From positions 1-53,334 of the forward strand of contig NW_021833908.1 of assembly GCF_006345805.1 (NCBI RefSeq): a stretch of DNA of 53,334 nucleotides, written 5' to 3'. Below, in pieces: positions 36,615-47,740 of this stretch (positions are counted from its first letter, which is position 1; each line of letters opens with the position of its first letter). Below the pieces are notes generated by a model that saw only the letters and a list, made by a program, of their open reading frames with translations, ran no database searches and was not told where the DNA came from. Made by a program: the position numbers and the translations under genes. The DNA comes from Octopus sinensis (taxonomy: Eukaryota).

Positions 36615-38385
36615 ATATCTTTATTATGGGCACGATGGCCCGAATGAAGACGGGACATTACAAGACGGGACGTGGGGTACATAAAGTAAAAATAAAATAT
36701 GAAATAAAGATGAATTATATGTAATGAGATGGAACGGCTTACGAACCCCCAACTCGCAGTTCTGTTTAAAATACAATTTTACATTTTATACTTTTACAAT
36801 TTACAATTTTACATTTTAACATTACATATATTCCAGTTCAAAATACAATTTTACATTTTACAATTACAATGTTACAATTTTAAAATCTCAGTTCTATTGG
36901 ACGTTGGTCCGTAATGTACTTTGTCAACTCCATTTGCTCCACCACATTTGGCAAATTCTCATAACATACGTAATACGTTGAATAAACCTGCTCAAACATA
37001 CTTTTCAATTTACAAAATGTTCCTTTATCTACAAGTACCGCTTTCATATCGTCATCATGCAGTTCTAGGTGTAATTTAACCCTAATTAATCCCTTCCTAC
37101 CTGCAAGTCTTTTCTCCGTTTATGTGTCTTTCACGTACAACATGAATACTTTCAGGTATTTTCCTTCAGGTCTTTTTCCTTTTTTACATGCATCCAACTG
37201 TTCTCTCACTTTTTTTCTCCATTCTAAGTGTACCTCTGTCTTTGTCTGTTCGTCCTTTTCTTTGCACGTTCTCTCTTTTTCTTCTGTTGTCTTGCTTTTG
37301 GTTTTTTTCTTTTTTAGAACTTTCGGTGGTGATTCCACCCTTGTTCTCTTCCTATCTCCTGTTCTTTCCTCCTCTGCACTTGCACGTTCTTCTTCCATAT
37401 CCTCATTTAGCTGCTCCTCCGTTTGTGCATCCACTGCTTTTGTTTCTTCCTGCACTTCTCCCTCCTCCACACACGTATCTTTACTCTCCTTCGTTACCGC
37501 CTCCGGTGCTATGGTTTTCTTCAGCGGGCACACATCCTTCATGTGGCCTCTTAATTTACAATTATAGCAGACTGGGGGTCTTCCCTCTACCACGACTCTA
37601 AGCCGTGTCTCATCAGGAAAGACCAACTCCTCCGGGATGTTGTACAGGTCTCGCACGGTTATATGTGCCAGAACCTGCACCGCATATCCCCACCACTTAA
37701 CCTCTGTTGACTTCTCCACCTTCAACACCTCCACAATTTCCTTGCAGTTAAAAACTACTGCCGCTAATAACCTCTCCATATTAAATTCGGGCGCAATTCT
37801 ACCAATTCTTATCCTCACTGCCCTCCTTCCGCAGTAACTTGGTAGTAAAGTCCAACTTTCCGTTTTCAAAATTCTTGTTGCATTCTTTTTTGCTTCATTC
37901 TCATTTTTAAAATGTACCACCACTGTGGCATATTTCCTTCCTCTGTTGAAAAATGTGGGTTCTCCTTCAATTCCTTTCAGGCATTCTTCTATTTCTTCTG
38001 TCTCTGCTACTTCTATTTTTTTCGACGCCACACACCATGTCCTGTACGTTATCATACGCTTCTCCGCGTTGCTTTCTTCCTCCTCGGACGGTGTGACTCT
38101 CACGCAGTCACCCTCCCTCTTCAAACTGTCGAAATACTTCTCTAGAGTTTTCTGTTCGACCACCACTTCTTCCATTTCCAGTTCACTGGCAACTAGGCCT
38201 CTGCCTGCTGCTCTCGCATAAGTCTGCTCTTGCATTTTCAAAAATCTCCAAAAAAAAAAAAACTTTTCCACGTCCTCCAACGAACTCGAACTCACAACCT
38301 CTTCACAATGACGCACTCGAAACAAACACACCAGAATAACTCCAACTCGAAACAAACACACCACAATAACCAAAAAAAAGAGGGT
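36615..38385 (-). mobile_element. ORF1-only Tx1-related element B (1771 bp)
   Basis: 5' UTR, ORF1, then an AT-rich 3' UTR ending CATAATAAAGATAT. Bounded by GGTGATATT at 36606-36614 and 38386-38394. No ORF2. Confidence 0.85.
37120..38235 (-). CDS. gag-like ORF1 of element B (371 aa from MQEQ; CCHC knuckle and K/E-rich linker)
   Basis: Contains VVVEGRPPVCYNCKLRGHMKDVC. The TAA at 37120 looks premature, because the frame continues to about 36882 and matches element A there. Confidence 0.8.
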   Translation of the reverse strand: MQEQTYARAAGRGLVASELEMEEVVVEQKTLEKYFDSLKREGDCVRVTPSEEEESNAEKRMITYRTWCVASKKIEVAETEEIEECLKGIEGEPTFFNRGRKYATVVVHFKNENEAKKNATRILKTESWTLLPSYCGRRAVRIRIGRIAPEFNMERLLAAVVFNCKEIVEVLKVEKSTEVKWWGYAVQVLAHITVRDLYNIPEELVFPDETRLRVVVEGRPPVCYNCKLRGHMKDVCPLKKTIAPEAVTKESKDTCVEEGEVQEETKAVDAQTEEQLNEDMEEERASAEEERTGDRKRTRVESPPKVLKKKKTKSKTTEEKERTCKEKDEQTKTEVHLEWRKKVREQLDACKKGKRPEGKYLKVFMLYVKDT

Positions 38386-38394
38386 GGTGATATT

Positions 38395-40122
38395 ATATCT
38401 TTATTATGGGCACGATGGCCCTAATTCAGACGGGACATTACAAGACGGGACGTGGGGTACATAAAGTAAAAATAAAATATGAAATAAAGATGAATTATAT
38501 ATAATGAGATGGAACGGCTTACGAACCCCCAACTCGCAGTTCCGTTTAAAATACAATTGTACATTTCACAATTACATACATTCCAGTTCAAAATACAATT
38601 TTACATTTTACAATTTTACAATTAACAATTTTACTTTTTAACATTACATATATTCTAATTCTTTTATATTGGACGTTCGTCCGTCATATATTCTATTAAG
38701 TCCATTTGGTCTATTACATTTGTAAATTGTCATACCGTACATAATGCGTTATATAAATAGCATAAATATCTTTTTTAATTTTGTGAATGTTTCTTTTTCT
38801 ATAACTGCGCCTTTTACATCGTCACCATACAGTTTTTGGTTCAACTTCACCCTGACCAACCCTTTCCTACCTGCAAGTCTCTTTTCCACTTCTGTATTCT
38901 TGATATACATCACAACTGCTTTCAGGTTTTTTCCTGCAGGCCTTCTTCCTTTTTACACGCTTCCAACTGCTCTTTCACTCTTGCCTCCCATTCTTGTTCA
39001 ACTCTGTCCTTGGCTGCTCTTTTACTTCCTGCTGGCATGTTCTCTCTTCTTTTTCTTCTGTTATCTTGCTTTTGATTTTTTCTTTTTTAGAACTTTCGGG
39101 GGTGATTCCACCCTTGTTCTCTTCCTATCTTCTGTTCTTTCTTCTTCCTCTGCACTTGCTCGTTCTCGTCTTCCGTATCCTCATTTAGGCTGCTCTTTTG
39201 CTTCCTCCTGCACTTCTCCCTCCTCCACACACGCATCTTTACACTCCTCTATTTCAGCCTCCGGTGCTTTCGTTTTTTCCCGCGGGCACACATCCTTCAT
39301 GTGGCCCCTTGATTTACTATTATAGCAGACTGGGGGCCTTCCCTCTACCACGACTCTAAGCCGTGTCTCATCAGGGTAGACCAACTCCTCCGGGATGTTG
39401 TACAGGTCTCGCACGGTTATGTGTGCCAGAACCTGCACCGCATATCCCCACCACTTAACCTCTGTTGACTTCTCCACCTTCAACACCTCCACACTATCCT
39501 TGCAGTTGAAAAGCACTGCCGCCAACAACCTCCCATATTAAATTCGGGCGAAATTCTGCTAATTCTCATCCTCACTGCCCTCCTTTCGCAGTAACTTGGT
39601 AGTAAAGTCCACTTATCCGTTTTCAAAATTCTTGTTGCATTCTTTTTTGCTTCATTTTCTGTTTTAAAATATACCACCACTGTGGCATATTTCCTTCCTC
39701 TTTTGAAAAATGTGGGTTCACCCTCAATTTCCTTCAGACACTTTTCTACTTCTTCCGTTTCTGCTAGTTCAACTTTTTTCGACGCCACACACCATGTCCT
39801 GTACGTTATCATACGCTTCTCCGTGTTGCTTTCTTCCTCCTCGGACGGTGTGACTCTCACGCAGTCACCCTCCCTCTTTAAACTGTCGAAATACTTCTCT
39901 AGAGTTTTCTGTTCGACCACCACTTCTTCCATTTCCCGTTCACCGGCAACCAGGCCTCCGCCCGCCGCCCTCGCACAAGTCCGCTCCTGCACCCTCAAAA
40001 ATCTCCAACAAAAAACCCCCCAACGTCCTCCAACGAACTCGAACCCACAACCCCCCCACAACGACGCACTCGAAACAAACACACCACAATAACCAAAAAA
40101 AAAAAAAAAAAGAGGGGGGGGG
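38395..40122 (-). mobile_element. ORF1-only Tx1-related element A (1728 bp), frameshifted ORF1
   Basis: Paralogous to element B over its full length. GTG replaces ATG at 39992, with a frameshift near 39530. Bounded by GGTGATATT at 38386-38394 and 40123-40131. Confidence 0.85.
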
Positions 40123-40541
40123 GGTGATATTTGCCTCGACTTCATAATTGTATATATGTATACTCAGTGAAGTTTATTCACTGAGTATCAAAATAAGAAA
40201 TATTGAATTTCTAAATCTCTCGTAGAGACATGTACGGTGGTGGGGCGATAGAATGGTTGTATACTGTCAATCTAACAAGAACGTGACAGTAGGGGGTACA
40301 CCACCGTTGTATAGCCCTAGGAGGCATCGAACGTCGATGAAGGACAATGATCCTGAAACACGGTGTCCCTAGATGCAGTTCCGGCGGCCGGGGGTGTTTG
40401 TCTCCCCTTCGTATATGTATATAAGGACACAGGGGAAAATGTGTCGAAGCTATCAGGAGGCGTTCGATGCCTCCTAGGGCTATACAATGGTGGTGTACCC
40501 CCTACTGTCACGTTCTTGTTAGATTGACAGTATACAACCAT

Positions 40542-40544
<3 letters not shown>
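40123..40544. mobile_element. upstream part of the ~375-bp HHR repeat plus an inverted 5'-truncated copy (40335-40544)
   Basis: 40250-40333 is inverted at about 40461-40544. The + strand copy starts inside the HHR core (CGATGA-AGGA..TCCT-GAAACACGGTGTC-CCTAG). A 12-bp hairpin atactcagtgaa/ttcactgagtat lies at about 40160-40188. Confidence 0.75.
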
Positions 40545-40575
<31 letters not shown>

Positions 40576-40583
40576 CACACACA

Positions 40584-40620
40584 CTAGCAGAGATACCTGG
40601 CGTTGCCCGGTTACATTCAA
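40584..40620 (-). mobile_element. Helitron 3' end (hairpin plus CTAG); extent of the element not determined
   Basis: a|ctagcagagatacctggcgttgcccgg. Confidence 0.5.
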
Positions 40621-41289
40621 TTGAAGAATTAAACTTTTCTGTTATGTTTTCTGTAATGAACTGGAATATCTGTTTCGAATTTCATCAAAATTGCAGATGA
40701 GTGTTATTTCCCTCTTTACACACCCAAACAAAATTGTAATCATGCCACATGTATCTCATACTACTGATTTTTATGCGCATATTCCAAAATTCCAGTCTTA
40801 TTGAACCTGTTAAAAAGATTTTGCTCCTGAAAAATGAAGGCCATGGAGCTCTAAAATGTGAGAGTTAAGGCCCCTATTGGAGGTGGGCATCTTAATGTCA
40901 ACCAGAGAAGTTGAATTGTTGAGAATCTTTTTAACTTGGGTCTTTTATCTATTGTTTGAATTTCTTTGTAATAGGAAATATATGTTCCCTGGGTTTGTAA
41001 AAGAAAGCAAAGCTACAGGAAACCAAAAGACGAATGATCACAATGAGCAGTCAGCTACCCTACCCTAGTTGTTACCACTCCCAATGTAGGATTCTTCACC
41101 ATCCAGGTGACAGGCACGGCCGTAAGATGCATTACGAATCTATAGCAATTGGAAGGGCGACACCCAACTGAAATCAATATTAACAACTGAGTGACGTGAG
41201 GGCTAAGGAGAAATATATTAGTACAGGACGTCAAAAAAACGTGAGCAACCTGAGAAACGAGATGGAGAAATAAAAATGTATTCTCATCT

Positions 41290-41640
41290 GCACTAGTTTG
41301 TTTGCATCTTTCATTTTATCTCTCCTTCCTTCTTTCTTTGTTTCTTTCATTTTATCTCTCCTTCCCTTCCTTACTCAACTCTCTTCCTCCCCTTCTTTCA
41401 TTTTATCTCTCCTTTCTTTCTTTCTTTCAGTTTATCTCTCCTTCCTTCCTCCTATCTCTCCTTCTTTCTTTCCTTCCTCCCCCTCTTTCATTTAATCTCT
41501 CCTTCTTTCTTTCTCTTCCTTTCTCAACTCCCTCCCTTTCTTTAATTCTATCTCTCCTTTCTTTCTTTCATTTTATCTCTCCTTCCTTCTTTGTTTCATT
41601 ATTTTTTTCCTTCCTTCCTCTTTATTTATTTATTTATTCA
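41290..41640. repeat. pyrimidine-rich (CT/CCTT) low-complexity tract
   Basis: Nearly all C/T, with recurring ttcattttatctctcc. Confidence 0.9.
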
Positions 41641-41959
41641 TTTATTATACATTCATTCACTATTTCATGCTGAGTTCAAAATTTATCTTACTTTCCGCCT
41701 GTCAAACATATTTCCGTAACTAATTTTACTTTCGCTATTTTAGTGTTTATTTATTTTATTTATTTAATTAATTAATTTAACGTCCGCTAAGCGTCGGATT
41801 CGTTTTAATTTCATTCCTATGTTGACAGAAAAGTAAATCATTTTGCGTGCGAGTACGCATGCGCGTGTATTCCAAGCGTAGCTACGTATGTATGAATGCA
41901 AATGTTGGGTTGTCAGATAAATCCGTTCGTTTTCTCCCCCTCCTCATTGATCTTAATCT

Positions 41960-42298
41960 GTTCCAGTGCGTAACTGGTACTTATTTAATCGACCCCAAAA
42001 GGATGAAAGGCAAAGTCGACCTCGGCGGAATTTGAACTCAGAACGTAACGGCAGATGAAATACCTATTTCTTTACTACCCACCAGGGGCTAAACACAGAG
42101 AGGACAAACAAGGACAGACAGACGGATTAAGTCGATTATATCAACCCCAGTGCGTAACTGGTACTTAATTTATCGACCCCGAAAGGATGAAAGGCAAAGT
42201 CGATCTCGGCGGAATTCGAACTCAAAACGTAGCGGCAGACGAAATACCGCTAAGCATTTCGCCCGGCGTGCTAACGTTTCTGCCAGCTTGCCGCCTTA
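41960..42298 (-). mobile_element. family 2 SINE dimer
   Basis: Head at 42298. The body is duplicated, with the junction at 42061/42062. Confidence 0.85.
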
Positions 42299-42835
42299 AG
42301 AATAAAACAATACCTGCTGTCATAGGGGCTGATTGCTACCAATCTTAGATACCAGAAAATCCAAAATGAAAGAAATTCAAAAAATGATGCCCATGATAAA
42401 TGCTCATATCCTTCGAGAATATTGTCTGTCATTCCCAGAACATTTTAACCTGTAAACATTATCAGAAGTACTTTTAAATGTACATAATTACAAACATTTT
42501 TTACTGTCATCTTAAGATCACACTAATCATCTTATAATGAAATTACTTTTAAAATGACCTTCTAGTTTTTCTTATGGTCTGAGTGGCATTTTTTCGAACA
42601 ATACTCTGCAAGATCAAAAATATGGCACCATAGTTATAACATCAACTTGAACTTCTAAATTGTTGTCTCTTGAGGTCTCTGGGTGAGACTTGGAGTCGAC
42701 TTGTTCAAATACAAAGCAAAAGCCAAACATTTAATAATAATAATACTAATAATGATAATAATAATTGTTTCTAATAAGCACAAAGCAAGCAACTTTAGCA
42801 GGCATTTTATCTTAACAATCCCGGAGGAATTAACG

Positions 42836-42897
<62 letters not shown>

Positions 42898-42898
<1 letters not shown>

Positions 42899-42988
42899 CC
42901 TTATCAGACAGGTAGTCATGATGGGTATACTGGGCTTCGTATATTTTACCTCAGTGTCACTTTGATGGCGTGCACTGCTCTCTCACTC
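42898..42988 (+). mobile_element. ~90-bp insert embedded in (AAT)n, probably a retroelement 3' end
   Basis: Complex sequence with (AAT)n on both sides. Confidence 0.4.
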
Positions 42989-43019
42989 AATAATAATAAT
43001 AATAATAATAATCCTTTCT

Positions 43020-43225
43020 ATTATAGGCAGAAGGCCTGAAATTTTGGGGGAAGGAATTAAGTCGATTACATCGACCCCAGTACTCAACTGGTACTCAATT
43101 TATCGACTCCAAAAGGATGAAATGCAAAGTTGACGTTGGCGGAATTTGAACTCAGAACGTAAAGACAGACCAAATACCGCTAAGCATTGCGCCCGGCGTG
43201 CTAACGATTCTGCCAGCTCACCGCT

Positions 43226-43228
<3 letters not shown>
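43020..43228 (-). mobile_element. family 2 SINE
   Basis: gaaaggatgaaatgcaaagttgacgttggcggaatttgaactcagaacgt...ctgccagctcaccgc. Confidence 0.8.
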
Positions 43229-43313
<85 letters not shown>

Positions 43314-43316
<3 letters not shown>

Positions 43317-43686
43317 TATAAAGACCTGCTCATTGAAATTGAGAAAATGTGGCATCTCAAGGCGGTTAAAATACCAGTGATTGTAGGAGCACTTGGAATG
43401 ATCAAGAAGGGAACCGAAAATTATATGAGAATGATCCCTGGCTTACCATCCCTGCAAGAAGTGCAAAAGATTGTCTTAACTGGTACATCACACGTATTGA
43501 GAAGAGCATTGTCGATGTAAGAACTATTATTACTCATGTATTTTAATTTAACTTTAAAAAAAAAATGAACGAACTAGTGAGTTTAGTTTAATAGCCTACC
43601 AATGTATACTATGAGTTTCTTTGCCCTAGGAGTCGGGAAGACACTCGGCAAGAAATGGAAGCAAATTTGAAAGAAGAAAAAAAAGA
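43314..43686 (+). mobile_element. 5'-truncated restriction-like-endonuclease non-LTR retrotransposon (R4/Dong-like) inside (TAA)n
   Basis: 43314-43520 translates KYKDLLIEIEKMWHLKAVKIPVIVGALGMIKKG...LQEVQKIVLTGTSHVLRRALSM*, which fits the C-terminus of the RLE domain. (AAT)n lies on both sides. Confidence 0.8.
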
Positions 43687-43690
43687 TAAC

Positions 43691-43743
<53 letters not shown>

Positions 43744-45256
43744 TGATGATGATGATGATGATGATAATAATAATGATAATAATAATAATAATAATAGTTT
43801 ATTTAATATTTATTTGAAAATAATTTCTTTGACTAGACTGACACAGCCAACTGATGTCAACTTAAGCACAACGATTAAACAGTACTTCATGAAGATGATT
43901 TCTCCGAGACTTTACTTTTGTGTTACACTCTCTAGTAGTAGTAGTAGTAGTAGTAGTTGTTGTTATTGCTTTACCGATTTCTTACGTGGAAATTAAAATG
44001 AAAAACACAAACTCAAAAGTGTCTCCTCATCAGAGAGCCACGATGGTACAATACATCGAAGAAAATATAACAAAAATATTATATCCCACTTCTGACAGAT
44101 AATTTTTAAATGGCGGTGCCCCAGCATGGCCACAGCTCGTGAGCTGAAACTAGAATCAATCAATCAATCCAGACGTGTGTGTGTGTCGGATGGAAAACAT
44201 ATGGAAAGGGATATTTTCATGGAATCCTCCATCCTCCGTTTGTAAAGAGTAAATACAACTGACATTTCAAGATGTTTTTTTTTTTAAATAACATTTTTTT
44301 TATTTTTGTATTTTTTATTTTTCAGAAATATACGATGTTGGAATCAAAATTAATATGTAGGGAAGTTCTTGTGAAAAATCCGTAAAATCTCTCTGATATA
44401 TTCGATTCTCATCTGAAATATTATAAATCATATCAATTTCATAAGAACTTTACAGCTCTTTTCCCTTCCAGTTTTGTCTTCATCCAGTATCACTTTTGTG
44501 AGTTTCATTATCATTGATGTCTACTAAAGAGAACATAAACGGATATCTATTGATTACTTTTCGATATTATAGATTCTGCTTAACAAACGCTTTCGCTTAT
44601 AACTTACCAGACCGTCGAATATATTTGAAAGATATAAATTTCCAACCGTTGTAAGACTTTACTCCAATGACTAATATGGCGACACGATTTTACATTTCCG
44701 TCTTATAAGCAGATTAACCTTTCACTTTGCTTGCTTCATATCTTCGTTTTAATTCCATTTACGCGTATACTGTCTCGTTTTTCTCTAGCATTCACGTTCG
44801 TTCTCTATCATTCTCTCTCGTTCACTCTCTGTCTGTCTGTCTGTCTCTCTCTCTCATTCTTAATCTATTTATCTACCTTTCTCGTTAATGCTAAGATGTA
44901 ATCGTACAAAACATCGCACAATCGATCTGATTTAGGATTCTTTTAGAGTTCTTCCAACTCGGTTCTAAACTAACACACTTTTAGAAAATTAACAACTTTC
45001 TTCGTTGGCAATAAATAAATAAATATTGCCTCTCCCCACCTTTTTTATTTTTTTTGTTTTTGCAAACCCCTATGCGAAACAAATCGGCAATAATTCTCAA
45101 CAATGCATTTCATTACCCCCAAAAAACCAGAAACATTTAATGTCCCAATTCTCAGAATTATCATCAAATAGCAGCACAACCCAGAGTCACCTACTTTCAC
45201 TTGTTTCAAAATGTGGGATACTTCGAGAATCATACATAGGTACATATATATATATG

Positions 45257-45304
<48 letters not shown>

Positions 45305-46429
45305 ATATATATACAAAATAAGAAAATGGAGATATATATATATATATCGGAAATATTCTTTTCACCACTATTTTGAGATTTTGGCTATATGATGTAGCCA
45401 GTCGGAGTATCTAGTACCCGTTTGTATCCTGGCTCGAGCATTCCGTAACAATAATCCATCGTTCTCGGGTACTTGATAACTCGATATCGAATATCCCATG
45501 GTATTATGCGTAAATACGTACGTTTCCAAAGTAGATTCCGGGAAACTTCAGGATGCCATAAAAAAAAATTCTGGGATTCGTACTGTAGAGTGTCATAAAT
45601 AAAGTTTTGGTCCAGCGATAGAACGTCTGTTATGTTTACAAACGATGTGGGTTCAAGACCCACAGGCAGCGTTGGTCAATTTTCTATCCAAGATATTTTT
45701 TTAACTCAATATTTACATGCAATTATTTATAGCTGTAACCACTTAGTGTTACACTCAGAGTTCTACAGTTAAAAACGAATTATTTCACGTTCTCTCGAAG
45801 TTTCTAAATTTATATGACGTTCCATTTAAAATTGTTTTAATGTTTTTTTTTTTAATTTTGGACAACAGTACAGGGGTCCCATTAAATATAATTAGTTCAC
45901 ACTGTAGTTCATGCAATGACCAGACAATTCAAAACCTTAAATGTTCACAATATTCGGGGTTAGGGGATTAAAGTGTTAAAGTTCTCCATCACTGTGTTCT
46001 ACTGTATCGATTCTATCAATACTACTAAAGTTGGGAGTGTCCAGTGCTCCCCACTTCGAGTCATTGACAGCATTCCGTGGTCTCAGGTTCGATTCTTGGC
46101 CAAGTTTAAAGAAGAACTGCGCAGTATTCGCTGGATATATTTGGACAGAAGGTGATGGACGGCAAGTATTTGAAATCTAAAGATCCATTCTAATATTGGC
46201 GGCAGGAATAACCCTTAGATGGATACTTCTGAATTCGTCCTTGGTAGAACATTATATATTATATATATGTACGTTTGGTTGAGGTGTAAAAGTGCTTCTG
46301 TTTATGGGCGTGTGTATGTGTGTGTGTGTGTTCATAAGAGTCAATACGATTCTGTGTGTACGTGTAAAGTGTACGGTGTATGCCAATATGTTTGTAATAT
46401 TATGTGAATGCGTTTGTTTTTCAACGTGT

Positions 46430-46476
<47 letters not shown>

Positions 46477-46564
46477 AATATGTTTAATGTGAGTGCAAAT
46501 GTGGCTATATGAAAGTGTGTAAATGTATATTTGTATGCAGGCGACGCACAGGTACAGACATACG

Positions 46565-46603
<39 letters not shown>

Positions 46604-46919
46604 GATATAGGATAAAATTTTTTTCGGGAAAAAATTTTATCAATGGCCAGCATATCAAAAAATGCCTTTAAAGGTAAAATTTATACATAATTTACAAGAT
46701 AAGGGCAGAAGAAAATTAGAATTTTTCTTCTGCCCTTATCTTGTATATATATATATATATATATTAATTTAGAGATAGTAGGCCCCTTCATCTCACCTTA
46801 TAAACAAGAATCAGCTCTCATGACATAAAGTTTCGCGGATAGTAGTACGTCCATCTCATCAAAGTTCAAAGTTCCAACGCTTGATGAGATGGACGAGTTC
46901 TATGCCCCATCTGGGGTTG

Positions 46920-47165
46920 ATTTAAATGTTGTGTGTGTCTGTGTGTGTGTGTATGTGTGTGTGTGTCTGTGTTTGACCCCACCTCCACCATTGCTTGAAA
47001 ACCGATGCTGGCGTGTTTACCTCCCCATAAATTAGCGGTTCGACAAAAGAGACCAATAGAATAAGTACTAGGCTTACAAAGAATACGTCCTGGGGTCCTT
47101 TTGCTCAACTAAAGGCGATGCTCCAGCATGGCCGCAGTCAAATGACTGAAACAAGTAAAAGAATT
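46920..47165 (+). mobile_element. SINE family 1, 3' half
   Basis: aaccgatgctggcgtgtttac...ctccagcatggccgcagtcaaatgactgaaacaagtaaaag. Confidence 0.8.
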
Positions 47166-47359
47166 TATATATGTATACATATATATATACATATATATAT
47201 GTATACGCGCGCAAGTGTTTGTGTTTTTGCATGTGTGTGTGTACAAATACATACAGATACATTTTACATAAACCCAAACGAAAATGACTGCATACATGAA
47301 CAGGTTTATTTTAATCGAACTTTTTTTTCTTTATTTAAAATGAAGAAATTAAAAAACTT

Positions 47360-47740
47360 AACGACAGGCGTGGCCTCGTGGTTTCGGTTTCAGTCCCACT
47401 CAGTGGCACCTTTGGGCAAGTGTCTCCTACGATAGCCTCGGGCCATGTGGCTGGATTTGTTAGTCGGAAACTGAAAGCAAACCGTTGTATAAATGTATAC
47501 GTATATATCTATGTGCTTGTGTACTTTTTGTTAGTGTTAGACCCATCCCAACGGCTTGGCAACCGGGGTTGGTTTTCTTACATCCCCTAATCTAGCGGTT
47601 CGGCAGAAAAAGACCGATAAAATAAGTGCCAGGCGTAGAATAAGATAATAAGTACAGGGGTCGATTGTCTTTCGATTGAACACTTCAAGGTGGTGCTCCA
47701 GCATGGCCATACTCCATTGACTGAAATAAGCGAAAGATGA
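47360..47740 (+). mobile_element. SINE family 1, diverged
   Basis: ttcagtcccactcagtggcacctttgggcaagtgtc...gcggttcggcag...ggtgctccagcatggcc. Confidence 0.7.

Noticed and set aside
37120-38373. 417-aa version of the element B ORF
   Set aside because: The first 46 codons come from repetitive 5' UTR with a non-ATG start. The ATG at 38235 aligns with the start of element C and the GTG of element A.
37611-39376. CTGATGA on the minus strand of elements A and B
   Set aside because: It encodes PDE within ORF1 and has no HHR stems.
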